From Chloroflexota bacterium (GTDB lineage Bacteria > Chloroflexota > Dehalococcoidia > Lucifugimonadales > UBA3495): a DNA stretch of 64,000 nucleotides. The DNA lies in NCBI GenBank assembly GCA_028874075.1, contig JAPPLU010000060.1:279281-343280 (forward strand). Direction: 5' to 3'. The notes beneath the pieces are model-generated. The model searched no databases and had not been told where the DNA came from. It saw nothing but the letters and a program-made list of their open reading frames with translations. Positions 18,534 through 27,969 of this stretch are shown here, piece by piece. The position numbers and the translations under genes were made by a program. Position 1 is the first letter of the stretch. Each line of letters opens with the position of its first letter.

Positions 18534-19676
18534 TCACCGCCTTCGTCGACTCTTCCTTATCAATTCCAGAAGCTCAACTCGGTTTAGCAACCCAATGGGC
18601 CTACCGTCTTTTACCAGGGCAATCAGCTGATCGCCGGTTTCGTCCATAAGTTCCACGGCGTCGAAAATAGGGGCTTCAGCATCAATGGTAGGGAAGGCTG
18701 ACAAGGGCGTCATAATCTCGGCCAGGGTAGCGGTCTGCAGACTTCGCTGATTGACATGGGTAAGCTGCCTTCCCGTTACTATTCCGTAGGGAGGTCCGTC
18801 GACCAGCAGACCAGTGTATCCGGTCACGAATAGGGCCATCAGAGCTTCGTGGGACAGAGCCGGAAGGTGGCCGGGAAGGGGATGCCAAACGCCGCACAAG
18901 GCGTCTTGCACTTGGTATGACCGGAGGGACTGCCGGACCGATTCCTGGCGGTAGTTGACGGTCGCAACGTACAGTAGAAAGCCTCCTACCAGGGCCAGCC
19001 ATATGGCCTGGAAACTTCCGGTCAGGGCCCAAAAGATTCCCCCTGCTACCATGATGATGCCGATGCCCTGCCCAGCGTGCAGAGCCAGGCGGGTGGCCAG
19101 CCAATAATTGCCCGTCGCTCCCCAGATGCCGGCACGGAGCACTCGCCCGCCGTCCAGGGGAAAGCCTGGCAGCATGTTGAATATGCCGAGGGAGAGATTG
19201 ATGGCAAACAGAGTGAACAGTACCGCGTTCAAATGTGAGCTGTAGCCCCCGACCAGTTCCCATGCTACCCAAAGCAACAATGCAAGGGCCAGGCTGGTTA
19301 CCGGGCCAACCACTGACACCTGGAATTCGGTCAGGGGCCGCTGGGCATCGTGTGCCAACTGGGAAACTCCGCCAAAGATGAAAAGGGTGATTCCCTTTAC
19401 CGGAATGCCCCAGGCCAGGGCAACCAGGCTGTGGGATAACTCGTGCAGTAGCACGGATACAAAGAAGAGCACGGCGGTCAGCACCGCCACGGCCCAACGT
19501 GATTCATCGCTCCACCGGGGGTACATATCCTGGAAATTGGAGGACATGAGGAAGATTACCAGGACGAAAACTATCAGCCAACTGTAGTTTATGCCCAGTG
19601 GGATGCCAAAAATTTTTCCCAAGCGAATTGATGCGTCCATATTGTTCTGGGAACTCTCCTTGGAGGGGAGTCGCAT
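18534..19676 (-). CDS. Site-2 protease family (M50) zinc metalloprotease with a C-terminal CBS pair
   Basis: 380 aa with HELSHSL (HExxH) in a TM helix, several further TM helices and a CBS-like C-terminus. An alternative start is ATG 19640 (MDASIRLGKIFGIPL...). Confidence 0.85.
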   Translation of the reverse strand: MRLPSKESSQNNMDASIRLGKIFGIPLGINYSWLIVFVLVIFLMSSNFQDMYPRWSDESRWAVAVLTAVLFFVSVLLHELSHSLVALAWGIPVKGITLFIFGGVSQLAHDAQRPLTEFQVSVVGPVTSLALALLLWVAWELVGGYSSHLNAVLFTLFAINLSLGIFNMLPGFPLDGGRVLRAGIWGATGNYWLATRLALHAGQGIGIIMVAGGIFWALTGSFQAIWLALVGGFLLYVATVNYRQESVRQSLRSYQVQDALCGVWHPLPGHLPALSHEALMALFVTGYTGLLVDGPPYGIVTGRQLTHVNQRSLQTATLAEIMTPLSAFPTIDAEAPIFDAVELMDETGDQLIALVKDGRPIGLLNRVELLELIRKSRRRR

Positions 19677-20204
19677 TCACGGTGGACTGTTAATTAAGAG
19701 GCCGAAGAAGCCCTCCTTTCGCATACCGGTCGGCTGTACGGTTCTCTCATATAAACATACGAGTATCGAATTAGCCATAGATTCGCCTTCGAAGAAGGGC
19801 TATCGCGTATTCCTTCAATTGTCCTTACTCTTCGTTTCAGTCACGAAGTTGCGTGAAGGTGCGGGGAGAAGAAAATTTTTAAACCGTCTCATTTCTTCTC
19901 ATTTGGGCCATTATCTGATGGCTACGGCCGAAGGCATCCTCCCTACGTCGGCCTGGCCGGACACATAGCACTGCTCCTAAGATTGCGGGATTTGACCCTT
20001 CTTATGGTCTAATGGTGGAGATGGGTAACGCGGATTGGCAAGGTGGAGGTGTCGGTATTCTCGATGAGAGGTTAGCTGGACACCCATACGGCGGGCTGCA
20101 CCGAATTTGATTGGCAATTCCACTTCCGCCCTCCCCGATCTCTTGGGGATCAGGACAGGATTTGACCTTCACTGATCGAAGGGCGGGGACTTGCTCAGAA
20201 GTTC

Positions 20205-21185
20205 TTAGGGCAGTCTGGCAGAAATAGGTGAGTGGCCAGACGCTGCCGTCAAGCCAATAATCTTGTAGATGAGCTTGGCAGCAGTGTAGGAACAAGCGGG
20301 CGGGCCTTCCCGGGGAGCCAGCTCGTTCACATCGAATCCTACTATCTGATGACCCGCCGCAACACGAGCCAGGATGGCTATTATGTCGTTCCAGAACATG
20401 CCGCCCGGCTCAGGGGTTCCCACAGCTGACATCAGGGACGGGTCCAGTACGTCCAGGTCCAGGCTTATGTACACCTGGTGGTTCAGTGTGTCTGCGACTC
20501 GCTCCGCGAATCGCTCCGACGATTCGCCAGCGGGAGGTGGCCAGCCGAAAATGGGCATGGAACGTACCCTCAAATAATCGCGCTCATCTGGCGCCATAAC
20601 GCGAACCCCCGCCAGGGTAACTGGGCAGCGTTCGTGAATCCGGCGGGCACCGGAGGAGTGCCCCCAGGACGTACCCAGGTACTCGTCCTTCAAGTCTGCG
20701 TGGGCGTCCAGGTATAACACACACATCTGTGGGTAGTGTTCCAGGTGGGCCAGGGCCGACCCTATGCATACGGAGTGGTCGCCTCCGATCACTCCCACCA
20801 GGCGGCTGGGCGAAAGGTACTGTCTAACGGCCAGGCGTACCCTCTCGACCATCTGTGCGGGGTCGCCGGTATGAGGTTCCAGGGCTGGAGAGGTATAAAT
20901 CCCGACGCGGGATACATCCTGATCCAGCTCCCAGTCGTAGTCCTCCAGTGCATAGGAGGCTTCAAGAATGGCCGCAGGGCCAAGGCGGGCGCCGCTTCGA
21001 ACGGAAGTGGTGCTATCGCACGGCACAGGTATCAGGGCTGCCCCCGCGGTGGAGAGGTCGCTTTGATGTGGTGGCAAAGCCAGGAAGTTAGCCGGTATCC
21101 AGGGCAGGGAGTTGTCCTCTTTCCTGGCCAAAGCTGGCACTTCCGCCTTATGACAGCAGGGCCGAGCGCTGGTCCTGGGTTTCAT
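20205..21185 (-). CDS. speB: Agmatinase / ureohydrolase family protein
   Basis: 326-aa ORF with the Mn-binding motifs GGDHS, DAHADL and SLDLDVLDP. ATG 21185 overlaps the upstream gene by 38 nt, so GTG 21140 is an alternative start. Confidence 0.85.
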   Translation of the reverse strand: MKPRTSARPCCHKAEVPALARKEDNSLPWIPANFLALPPHQSDLSTAGAALIPVPCDSTTSVRSGARLGPAAILEASYALEDYDWELDQDVSRVGIYTSPALEPHTGDPAQMVERVRLAVRQYLSPSRLVGVIGGDHSVCIGSALAHLEHYPQMCVLYLDAHADLKDEYLGTSWGHSSGARRIHERCPVTLAGVRVMAPDERDYLRVRSMPIFGWPPPAGESSERFAERVADTLNHQVYISLDLDVLDPSLMSAVGTPEPGGMFWNDIIAILARVAAGHQIVGFDVNELAPREGPPACSYTAAKLIYKIIGLTAASGHSPISARLP

Positions 21186-21555
21186 TGAGGCCCTGGTCGC
21201 TGTTCAACCATTCCAGGCCGCGGTCCAGCAACCAGGTTTTGATCTCTGTCAAGCCAAAAAGCTGCCTGGCATCCTTGGCGGCCTGGTCGTTGTCGAAGGA
21301 CTTGCAGGAAAAGATGTCTATATTGACGTAATTCCGGTAGGGGAAGGTATGGATACTAATGTGGCTCTCGGCAATGATTACAAACCCAGAAACTCCCGCG
21401 TCTTCAATCTTGGGCCCATTGTATTCCAATACGTTCGGTTCGGTTATTCTTGTCATCCCCAGGTTGTCAGGGTAGTTCGTCAGGAATTCCCTGACCAATT
21501 CTACATCCCACATTTTTCCGGTGTCGCCGGCATATCCGTCAATAACCAGGTGCAT
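21148..21555 (-). CDS. speD: Pyruvoyl-dependent SpeD/SpeH-fold decarboxylase proenzyme (S-adenosylmethionine decarboxylase family)
   Basis: This is the internal ATG of ORF 21148..21630 (MHLVIDGYAGD...). The self-processing site is IIAESHISIHTFP. Confidence 0.8.
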   Translation of the reverse strand: MHLVIDGYAGDTGKMWDVELVREFLTNYPDNLGMTRITEPNVLEYNGPKIEDAGVSGFVIIAESHISIHTFPYRNYVNIDIFSCKSFDNDQAAKDARQLFGLTEIKTWLLDRGLEWLNSDQGLNETQDQRSALLS

Positions 21556-21582
21556 TTTTCCTGTCTTTCGCCTCCGGTAGTG

Positions 21583-21613
21583 AAAAATCAAGCGGGGGAC
21601 AGTTACGTCCCCC
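21583..21613 (-). promoter_or_regulatory. Terminator-like hairpin plus U-run inside the speD leader (possible attenuator)
   Basis: On the minus strand, GGGGGAC-GTAACT-GTCCCCC is followed by GCTTGATTTTT, about 28 nt upstream of ATG 21555. There is no upstream minus-strand gene for it to terminate. Confidence 0.4.
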
Positions 21614-21765
21614 GTACTATGTCTTGGCAAACAGCGAAGTATAGAATATCATCACTAATGCTTTTCTTCAACGCTATAGATTGGGGGCGGATAAGGGGAT
21701 TTCGGGGAACCTGATTCGATCGGCCGGAGCCTTAAGGCGAAACTCTTCCCGTTCCCTCTTGCGAT

Positions 21766-22728
21766 ATGGAAGACCAGAATAAAAACGACATTATGATTCA
21801 GGCCACGGACCTGACCCATTTCTATGGACCCCGACCCGCCATTGAAGAAGTAAACTTCGGTGTCAAGCGGGGCGAAATTCTGGGGTTCCTGGGTCCCAAC
21901 GGGGCTGGCAAAACTACGACTATGCGCATCCTGACGGGGTTCATGCCGCCAACGGAAGGCAAAGTAACCCTTGCCGACTACGACGTCGTGGAGCAGTCTC
22001 TTGAGGTGCGGAAGCGTATCGGGTACCTGCCGGAGACTGTACCGTTGCACACGGAGATGCAGGTAACCAATTACCTGAAATACATGGGAACTTTGCGCGG
22101 TATGCCGGGCAGGCAGATAAAACGCCGTGTTGACGATGTCATAGATGTTTGTCGTTTGCAGGACTACCACAAGACCATTATCGGAAAATTGTCCAAGGGA
22201 TTCAGGCAACGAGTGGGCATCGCCCAGGCCATTCTCCACGAACCGGAAGTGCTGGTACTGGATGAACCCACCATCGGCATCGACCCCATACAAGTGGTGG
22301 AGACCAGGCGCCTGATCCAGGAACTTGGTAGGGAACAGACGGTGGTGTTGAGCAGTCACATTCTCCCGGAAGTGAACATGATCTGCGAAAGGGTGCTGAT
22401 CATCCACGAAGGGCATATAGTTGCCGAGGATACGCCCAGCAACCTGGCGCAGAGGCTTCAGGGCGTTGACCAGCTTCAGGTGGAGGTAGGCGGTCCGGTT
22501 CAGGAAGTGTTATCAGTGCTGCGCCGGGTTCCGGGTGTTACGGAAGTTTCCCAGCGCTACAACCAGGGCCGCAACGTGTTTGTCGTCCAGGTTCAGGAGG
22601 GCCAGGATCTGCGAGACGAAATTTCCCGGGCTATAGTCAGCAATGGGTGGAGCCTGTTGAGTATGCAGTTGGTGAGCATGAGCCTGGAGGACATATTCCT
22701 GCGGCTGACCACCCACGAGGAGCTATAA
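21766..22728 (+). CDS. ABC transporter ATP-binding protein
   Basis: 320 aa with Walker A GPNGAGKTT, signature LSKGFRQR and Walker B LVLDEPT. Confidence 0.9.
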   Translation: MEDQNKNDIMIQATDLTHFYGPRPAIEEVNFGVKRGEILGFLGPNGAGKTTTMRILTGFMPPTEGKVTLADYDVVEQSLEVRKRIGYLPETVPLHTEMQVTNYLKYMGTLRGMPGRQIKRRVDDVIDVCRLQDYHKTIIGKLSKGFRQRVGIAQAILHEPEVLVLDEPTIGIDPIQVVETRRLIQELGREQTVVLSSHILPEVNMICERVLIIHEGHIVAEDTPSNLAQRLQGVDQLQVEVGGPVQEVLSVLRRVPGVTEVSQRYNQGRNVFVVQVQEGQDLRDEISRAIVSNGWSLLSMQLVSMSLEDIFLRLTTHEEL

Positions 22729-22729
22729 G

Positions 22730-23455
22730 ATGCGGACAATCCAGGCAGTGGCCTGGAAGGAGATTCAAGTCTATTTCGGCACGCCCACGGCATACATAGT
22801 TGGCATGATTTTCCTGGCCCTAACCGGGATAGTGTTTGCCATTGGTGTGGTGCCAAGCGAGAACAATCCCTTCCCCGAAGCCACCTTGGGCAGCTTTTTC
22901 ACATGGACCTCTCTCTTCCTGATTTTTCTGCCGCCGGCCCTGACCATGCGTCTGTTGGCCGAGGAACAGAAGCTGGGCACCATTGAGCTTCTTCTGACCT
23001 CTCCCGTGAGGGACTGGGAGATTATCCTCGGCAAGTATTTGGCCAGCTTTGCATTTCTCCTGGCCATGCTGGCATTGACTCTTTACTACCCTGTTCTGCT
23101 GTATGTCTTTGCCGAACCTGACCCTGGGCCGCTATACGCGGGCTACCTGGGACTGATTCTGTATGGGGCCGCGGCCCTTGCCATCGGTATGCTCACGTCA
23201 ACCATTACCAGCAACCAGATTGTGGCGCTCATTGTGGGTATCGGCGTTATCGGGGCTCTCTACGTTGTCCATTTCAGCACCGACATTGTCGGAGGAATTG
23301 CCTCGGTACTGATCAGCGAGATTGGTTTCCAGGCCCACTACGAGGATTTTGGCCGGGGCGTGATTGACACTAAGCATGTGGTCTATTTTCTCAGCGTAAC
23401 CGCAGTATTTCTCTTCCTGGCGATCAGGGCGCTGGAATTCCGGAGATGGAGATAG
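22730..23455 (+). CDS. ABC-2 type transporter permease
   Basis: 241 aa with about 6 TM helices. It starts 2 nt after the ATPase stop. Confidence 0.8.
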   Translation: MRTIQAVAWKEIQVYFGTPTAYIVGMIFLALTGIVFAIGVVPSENNPFPEATLGSFFTWTSLFLIFLPPALTMRLLAEEQKLGTIELLLTSPVRDWEIILGKYLASFAFLLAMLALTLYYPVLLYVFAEPDPGPLYAGYLGLILYGAAALAIGMLTSTITSNQIVALIVGIGVIGALYVVHFSTDIVGGIASVLISEIGFQAHYEDFGRGVIDTKHVVYFLSVTAVFLFLAIRALEFRRWR

Positions 23456-23456
23456 A

Positions 23457-25406
23457 ATGAGCGAACAACCTACAGATACCGGCGGGGACTGGCGACGCCG
23501 AGGGCGACGTGACCGCGCATCTCGGCCGGAGGAAACTGAAGCGCCGGACCAGGGGGGGATCGAAGGCGAGGAGTCCGAAGAGAGCGAACTAAGGTCCCGG
23601 ACGCTGTTCAGTTTCCTGGAACCCTCTCTGAATGCCATAGGTTCCTTTGGCGCGCCGCTGGTGATAGCCGGAATTGTAGCCATCGTGGCGGGCGCCGTCC
23701 TGGTGGCTTTCGTCAGTTCCATGCGCCTCTACGGTTTTGTAAGCCTTGGATTCGGCGTCGCTCTACTGGTTCTTGTAGGTCTAATTTCTCTTAGTTCCGT
23801 GGTTGCCGCATTCATCAGTCGCACTGGGCGGTACGGCGTCAATTCGCTGATTATGTTAGGCGCTTTCCTTGGTATCGTAATCGTGGCCAATGCCGTGTCC
23901 TTCACAAACAATGCCCGGGTGGACGTGACCGCCACCAACCAATACAGTCTTGCTCAACGTACCGAGCAGCTTCTGGACAATCTGGACCAGGATATCGAAA
24001 TAATCGCGTTTTACAAGGAAGAAGTATCCCTGGGGCCCCAAGGGAACCCCGACGCGGCTTACCAGTTACTCAACAGGGAGAACAAGGTTGTCGAAACCTT
24101 CCGCGAGTTTAGAGCGGCTCGTCCCACCAGGGTCGAGACCTCCCTCGTTGATCCCGACGTCAATCCTCAACGGGTGAACCAGTACTTCGGTACGACGCCC
24201 ATTGCTTTCGTAAACGAGTCCATTGTGGTGAGGTTGAAGGACGGCGACGCGCAGAACATCATCCAGCCAAGAGACGCAAGCTACAGCCACCTGGAACAGG
24301 ATCTGGTAACCAGCATTCTCCTGGTAACTGGCCTGGAGCGGAAGGCCATTTACTTCCTGTCTGGGCACGGCGAGAGAAGCGTCAACAATACTGGGTCCGA
24401 CGGTTACGGTGAGGTTCGGGTTGGCCTGGAACAGGACAATTACAGGGTAGAGACATTGCGCTGGGCCGCAAATGAACAGGATGTAAGTGTGCCCGACGAC
24501 GCTGCAATCCTGGTGATTGCGCGCCCTACTAACGAATTGCCAGATGCCCAAGCCGAGGTCTTGCACCTTTATATGCAGGGCAAGAATCCGGACGGCAGCG
24601 ACCGTCAGCAGGCCGGACGACTTGTCTTCCTGGGAGAGCCGGATACTCCTGACACCTTTCGCCAGCTGCTGGCCCTCTGGGGCGTGATTCTCCGGAATGG
24701 TTACATATATGACGAAGCAGCCTCTTTTCCGGATAATCCCGGGAATCTCCAGTTCACTGTATTCGACGACACAAACATGCCGCCTCAGCTTGCCTTTTTC
24801 ATTAACCAGCAGATTTCAGACGCCCGCAGCTACCAGGAACTTTGGAAGGCCCTGCTGGGCATAACCGCGCCCAAGGGCAGGTCGCTGGGCCAGGTTACCA
24901 TGCCGGGAACTACGGCCCTGGACATTCGGCACGACGGAAATCCCCAGCGCCAGTTGGTTCCGCTGGCAATCAGCTCAGAGGCCAGCTATCTGATTGATGA
25001 CCTTGACCGGCAGGAAGTCAGAAAGGGGGAGGCGGAAGATGCCGACCCCGTGGGTCCCTTCCCCCTGATGGTGTTTCACCGAAGTCCCGGCGCTCTCGTT
25101 GGTGATAGCGGGTCTCCTCCTTCCGTGCTGGCGGAGAATCAGATTGCCCAGATGTTCGTAATTGGGGACTCCGACTTCCTGGCCAACAGCTTCTATGAGA
25201 GAGGCGGCGGGGCCGATCTGTTCCTCAATTCAGTAAATTACCTGGTCGGCGACCATTCCCTGGTCTCCCTGCGGCCCAAGGCGTTGACAGTAAGGGAGTT
25301 CAATGTCGACAGGAACCAGGAGAACTTTGTGAAATTCACATCCTGGTTGCTTCTGCCGGGGTTGATGGGGTTGATGGCTGCAATGGTCTGGTGGGTGCGG
25401 CGTTAG
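23457..25406 (+). CDS. GldG-like ABC-transport auxiliary component
   Basis: 649 aa. It has a charged N-terminus, N-terminal TM helices, a large extracytoplasmic domain and a C-terminal TM anchor (LLLPGLMGLMAAMVWWVRR). It starts 2 nt after the permease stop. The family call rests on architecture and context. Confidence 0.6.
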   Translation: MSEQPTDTGGDWRRRGRRDRASRPEETEAPDQGGIEGEESEESELRSRTLFSFLEPSLNAIGSFGAPLVIAGIVAIVAGAVLVAFVSSMRLYGFVSLGFGVALLVLVGLISLSSVVAAFISRTGRYGVNSLIMLGAFLGIVIVANAVSFTNNARVDVTATNQYSLAQRTEQLLDNLDQDIEIIAFYKEEVSLGPQGNPDAAYQLLNRENKVVETFREFRAARPTRVETSLVDPDVNPQRVNQYFGTTPIAFVNESIVVRLKDGDAQNIIQPRDASYSHLEQDLVTSILLVTGLERKAIYFLSGHGERSVNNTGSDGYGEVRVGLEQDNYRVETLRWAANEQDVSVPDDAAILVIARPTNELPDAQAEVLHLYMQGKNPDGSDRQQAGRLVFLGEPDTPDTFRQLLALWGVILRNGYIYDEAASFPDNPGNLQFTVFDDTNMPPQLAFFINQQISDARSYQELWKALLGITAPKGRSLGQVTMPGTTALDIRHDGNPQRQLVPLAISSEASYLIDDLDRQEVRKGEAEDADPVGPFPLMVFHRSPGALVGDSGSPPSVLAENQIAQMFVIGDSDFLANSFYERGGGADLFLNSVNYLVGDHSLVSLRPKALTVREFNVDRNQENFVKFTSWLLLPGLMGLMAAMVWWVRR

Positions 25407-25534
25407 GTCAGCTCAGACTCTCGCGAGCCAGAGGGACTCGACAGATAGATGACAGCCATGGTCATCCGGGGCAAAACCAGACCTCGTATATTCGGAATGA
25501 ATCCGTCTCGGTTCAAGCATTGGGTTAATTTTCA

Positions 25535-26539
25535 ATGAACATACGGCTAACCATTCTCTTGATAATAGTTCTTCTCCTCTTTGGGGGCACCTTTGTTGGC
25601 GTAATTCTGACCCGCGATCCCGAACCCAGGCAGGAGCAGGCCTGGCTGTGGAGGGTGGATGATAACTCTCTGGTGAACATCCTGGTTACCTACGAAGGCG
25701 AGACAATCGAATACCAAAAGAAGGAAGGCGGTGTCCGCTGGTTTATAGTCGAGGAAGAACAGGAGCGCCAGGTATACCAGGATAAATGGAGCGGCACCCC
25801 CCTGTTGTTGAGTGGCCCAAGGGTGAATCGCACACTGGCTGACGAGATGGAAGACCCGGCCCAGTATGGTCTGGACCCACCCATAACCGTGGTGCGGCTT
25901 ACTGAGCGGACGGGACGGCAATATGAGGCTCACTTGGGTCTGGAAACTCCGGACGGTCAGAATCAGTACGCCCGACTGGTGGGATCACCGAAACTGTTTA
26001 GCGTCCCACAGATATGGGCCCGCGTTGTAAACAGGCTGGTCTTTCAGCCGCCGTATCCTCGCCTGTATGACACCGACATTGAAGACCGGGAATTGCTTAA
26101 TGTTGGTAAGCAGGACGTCATCTACTTCGAAGTCACGGTGAATGGGGAGCAAGTCATTTACGGCGCCGACGTGGATGACAACTGGTTCATCATTGAAGTT
26201 GACGAGTCCACCGGAGAAGACCGGGAAATTGCTATTCCCGCCGACGTATGGACCGACGCCGATGTATTGCTGGAGAATCCCGAGGCCATAGTCACAGTAT
26301 CCGAGAACCTGAAGGACCCTGAGAATTATGGGCTGGACCCGGCCGGGACCAGCGTGTGGCTCGCCACCGAGGCTGAGAAGACTCACGAATTTTATATCGG
26401 CGACGTCACGCCGGACGGAAACTATCGTTACGCAGTGACGTCGGGACAGGGCGAGCTTTTTACTGTGCCTGCGGAATGGGCTGACGCCATAGAAAAGCTG
26501 GTTACCGAACCCCTGGTCTCTACTGATGAGGGAACGTAG
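25535..26539 (+). CDS. DUF4340-like membrane-anchored protein
   Basis: 334 aa with an N-terminal TM helix (LTILLIIVLLLFGGTFVGVIL) and repeated beta-rich modules. Its position after a GldG-like gene is typical for DUF4340. Confidence 0.5.
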   Translation: MNIRLTILLIIVLLLFGGTFVGVILTRDPEPRQEQAWLWRVDDNSLVNILVTYEGETIEYQKKEGGVRWFIVEEEQERQVYQDKWSGTPLLLSGPRVNRTLADEMEDPAQYGLDPPITVVRLTERTGRQYEAHLGLETPDGQNQYARLVGSPKLFSVPQIWARVVNRLVFQPPYPRLYDTDIEDRELLNVGKQDVIYFEVTVNGEQVIYGADVDDNWFIIEVDESTGEDREIAIPADVWTDADVLLENPEAIVTVSENLKDPENYGLDPAGTSVWLATEAEKTHEFYIGDVTPDGNYRYAVTSGQGELFTVPAEWADAIEKLVTEPLVSTDEGT

Positions 26540-26633
26540 GGCTGCCGATACCCATTCTTAATCCGAGCCACCCGGCGGCTGTCTCCTGTTTATCGCTTCA
26601 TGTTCCTGGCAATCCGGCTAAGGAGGACTACCT

Positions 26634-27872
26634 TTGAAGGCTGAAATCCTTTCTATCGGCACAGAACTTCTGATGGGCGAACTGACGGATACCAATGGTT
26701 CCTGGATTGCCACTCAACTGCCTCCCCTGGGCATTCAGCTCCAGGGCATTTCCATAGTTGGAGACGAACTGACGGCGCTAGCGGAAGCTTTCTCCCGGGG
26801 GCTGCAGCGTTCCGATTTCATTTTCACTACGGGGGGCCTGGGTCCAACCCAGGATGACCTTACCCGGGAAGCGGTAGCTGCCGCCCTGGGTGAGACCCCC
26901 ACTGTTCAACAGGAGGTCGTCGACAACCTGGAACGGTACTTTGCCGGCAGGGGCATGACCATGCCCTCCCACAACATAAAGCAGGCGCACCTCATCCCAT
27001 CGGCCCAGTTTGTGCGCAACCGCAATGGCACCGCTCCGGGTTGGTGGGTAGAAAGCGAGGGCAAGGTCATCGTCTGTATGCCGGGTCCTCCGGGGGAAAT
27101 GCAGCCGATCTGGCACGAGGAAGTGGCGCCCCGGCTTAGAGATTTGGTGGATGATGAGGTAACGATAACCAGGAACATCAAGACGCTGGGGATGTCGGAG
27201 GCGGCCATTGACGAGGAAATTTCCGAGTTCTTCGGCCAAGAGAACCCCTATCTCGGCATATACTCCAAGGCAGACGGGATCCACCTGAGAATCATCGCTC
27301 GCGCCAGGGACGAACAGGTTGCGCGGGAAATGATTACACCGGTAGAAGCGGCTATCACTGACCGGCTGGGACCATACATTTGGGGATACGATTCGGAGAC
27401 TCCGGAACAGGCCGCCGGTCAAGCGCTGAGCGAGTTTGGTCTGACCCTGGCGACAATGGAGTCTTGTAGCGGAGGCTTTCTCGCTAACAGCATTACGGAC
27501 ATTCCCGGCAGTTCCAGCTATTACCGGGGAGGCGTTATCGCCGTCAATTCGGAGATGTTGGTGGCCGGTGGGATCCCGCCACTGGTGCTGGAAGAGCATG
27601 GGCTGATGAGCCCAGAAACTGCCATGGCCATGGCCCTCGCCGCCCGGACCGGCATGGCCGCAGACTATGGCGTCGCAATTAACGGTGTCATCGGGCCGGA
27701 ACCGGTCGAAGACAAGCCGGTGGGGCAGGTGTTTGTGGCAATCGCAGGCAGAAAGGATACTCGGGAGTTGCAGTTTCGCACTCCCCCTCGTCGTATCGTC
27801 ATCAAGAGAAGGGTGGCTAACACGGCCCTGACCGAACTGCGCAAACTGGTCGTCGCGGAAAACGGCGGCTGA
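26634..27872 (+). CDS. cinA: CinA family protein (MoCF-binding domain + PncC-type NMN deamidase domain)
   Basis: 412 aa with a TTG start after AAGGAGG. The N-terminus is MKAEILSIGTELLMGELTDTNG and the C-terminal domain has TMESCSGGFLA. Confidence 0.85.
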   Translation: MKAEILSIGTELLMGELTDTNGSWIATQLPPLGIQLQGISIVGDELTALAEAFSRGLQRSDFIFTTGGLGPTQDDLTREAVAAALGETPTVQQEVVDNLERYFAGRGMTMPSHNIKQAHLIPSAQFVRNRNGTAPGWWVESEGKVIVCMPGPPGEMQPIWHEEVAPRLRDLVDDEVTITRNIKTLGMSEAAIDEEISEFFGQENPYLGIYSKADGIHLRIIARARDEQVAREMITPVEAAITDRLGPYIWGYDSETPEQAAGQALSEFGLTLATMESCSGGFLANSITDIPGSSSYYRGGVIAVNSEMLVAGGIPPLVLEEHGLMSPETAMAMALAARTGMAADYGVAINGVIGPEPVEDKPVGQVFVAIAGRKDTRELQFRTPPRRIVIKRRVANTALTELRKLVVAENGG

Positions 27873-27915
27873 ACTTGTAGTGTGTTTCCCTCTCCAGTTG
27901 GCTGGATAAACAAAA

Positions 27916-27942
27916 CTGGGGCAGGCGCGAAGCCTGCCCCAG
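27916..27942. terminator. Strong hairpin between convergent cinA and the vWA-operon end
   Basis: CTGGGGCAGGC-GCGAA-GCCTGCCCCAG forms an 11-bp stem. An A-run on the plus-strand 5' side gives a U-run for the minus-strand transcript. Confidence 0.6.
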
Positions 27943-27969
27943 CTACTTTGTGCCTTCGGCTCCTGTGGA

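Noticed and set aside
19988-20167. The decamer GGATTTGACC occurs twice 170 nt apart. ATCAGGACAGGA...TTTGACC is also shared with the selA start region (minus strand, about 38150-38185).
   Set aside because: Exact 10-12-mer coincidences are expected many times in 64 kb on two strands. The extended match needs an indel and is of borderline significance. I found no supporting structure such as target-site duplications or inverted repeats.
20012-20227. A TGA-read-through ORF (MVEMGNADWQGGGVGILDERLAGHPYGGLHRI-TGA-LAIPLPP...) considered as a small selenoprotein candidate.
   Set aside because: There is no Cys or redox motif near the TGA, no recognisable family, poor coding appearance, and no obvious SECIS-like hairpin immediately downstream of the TGA.
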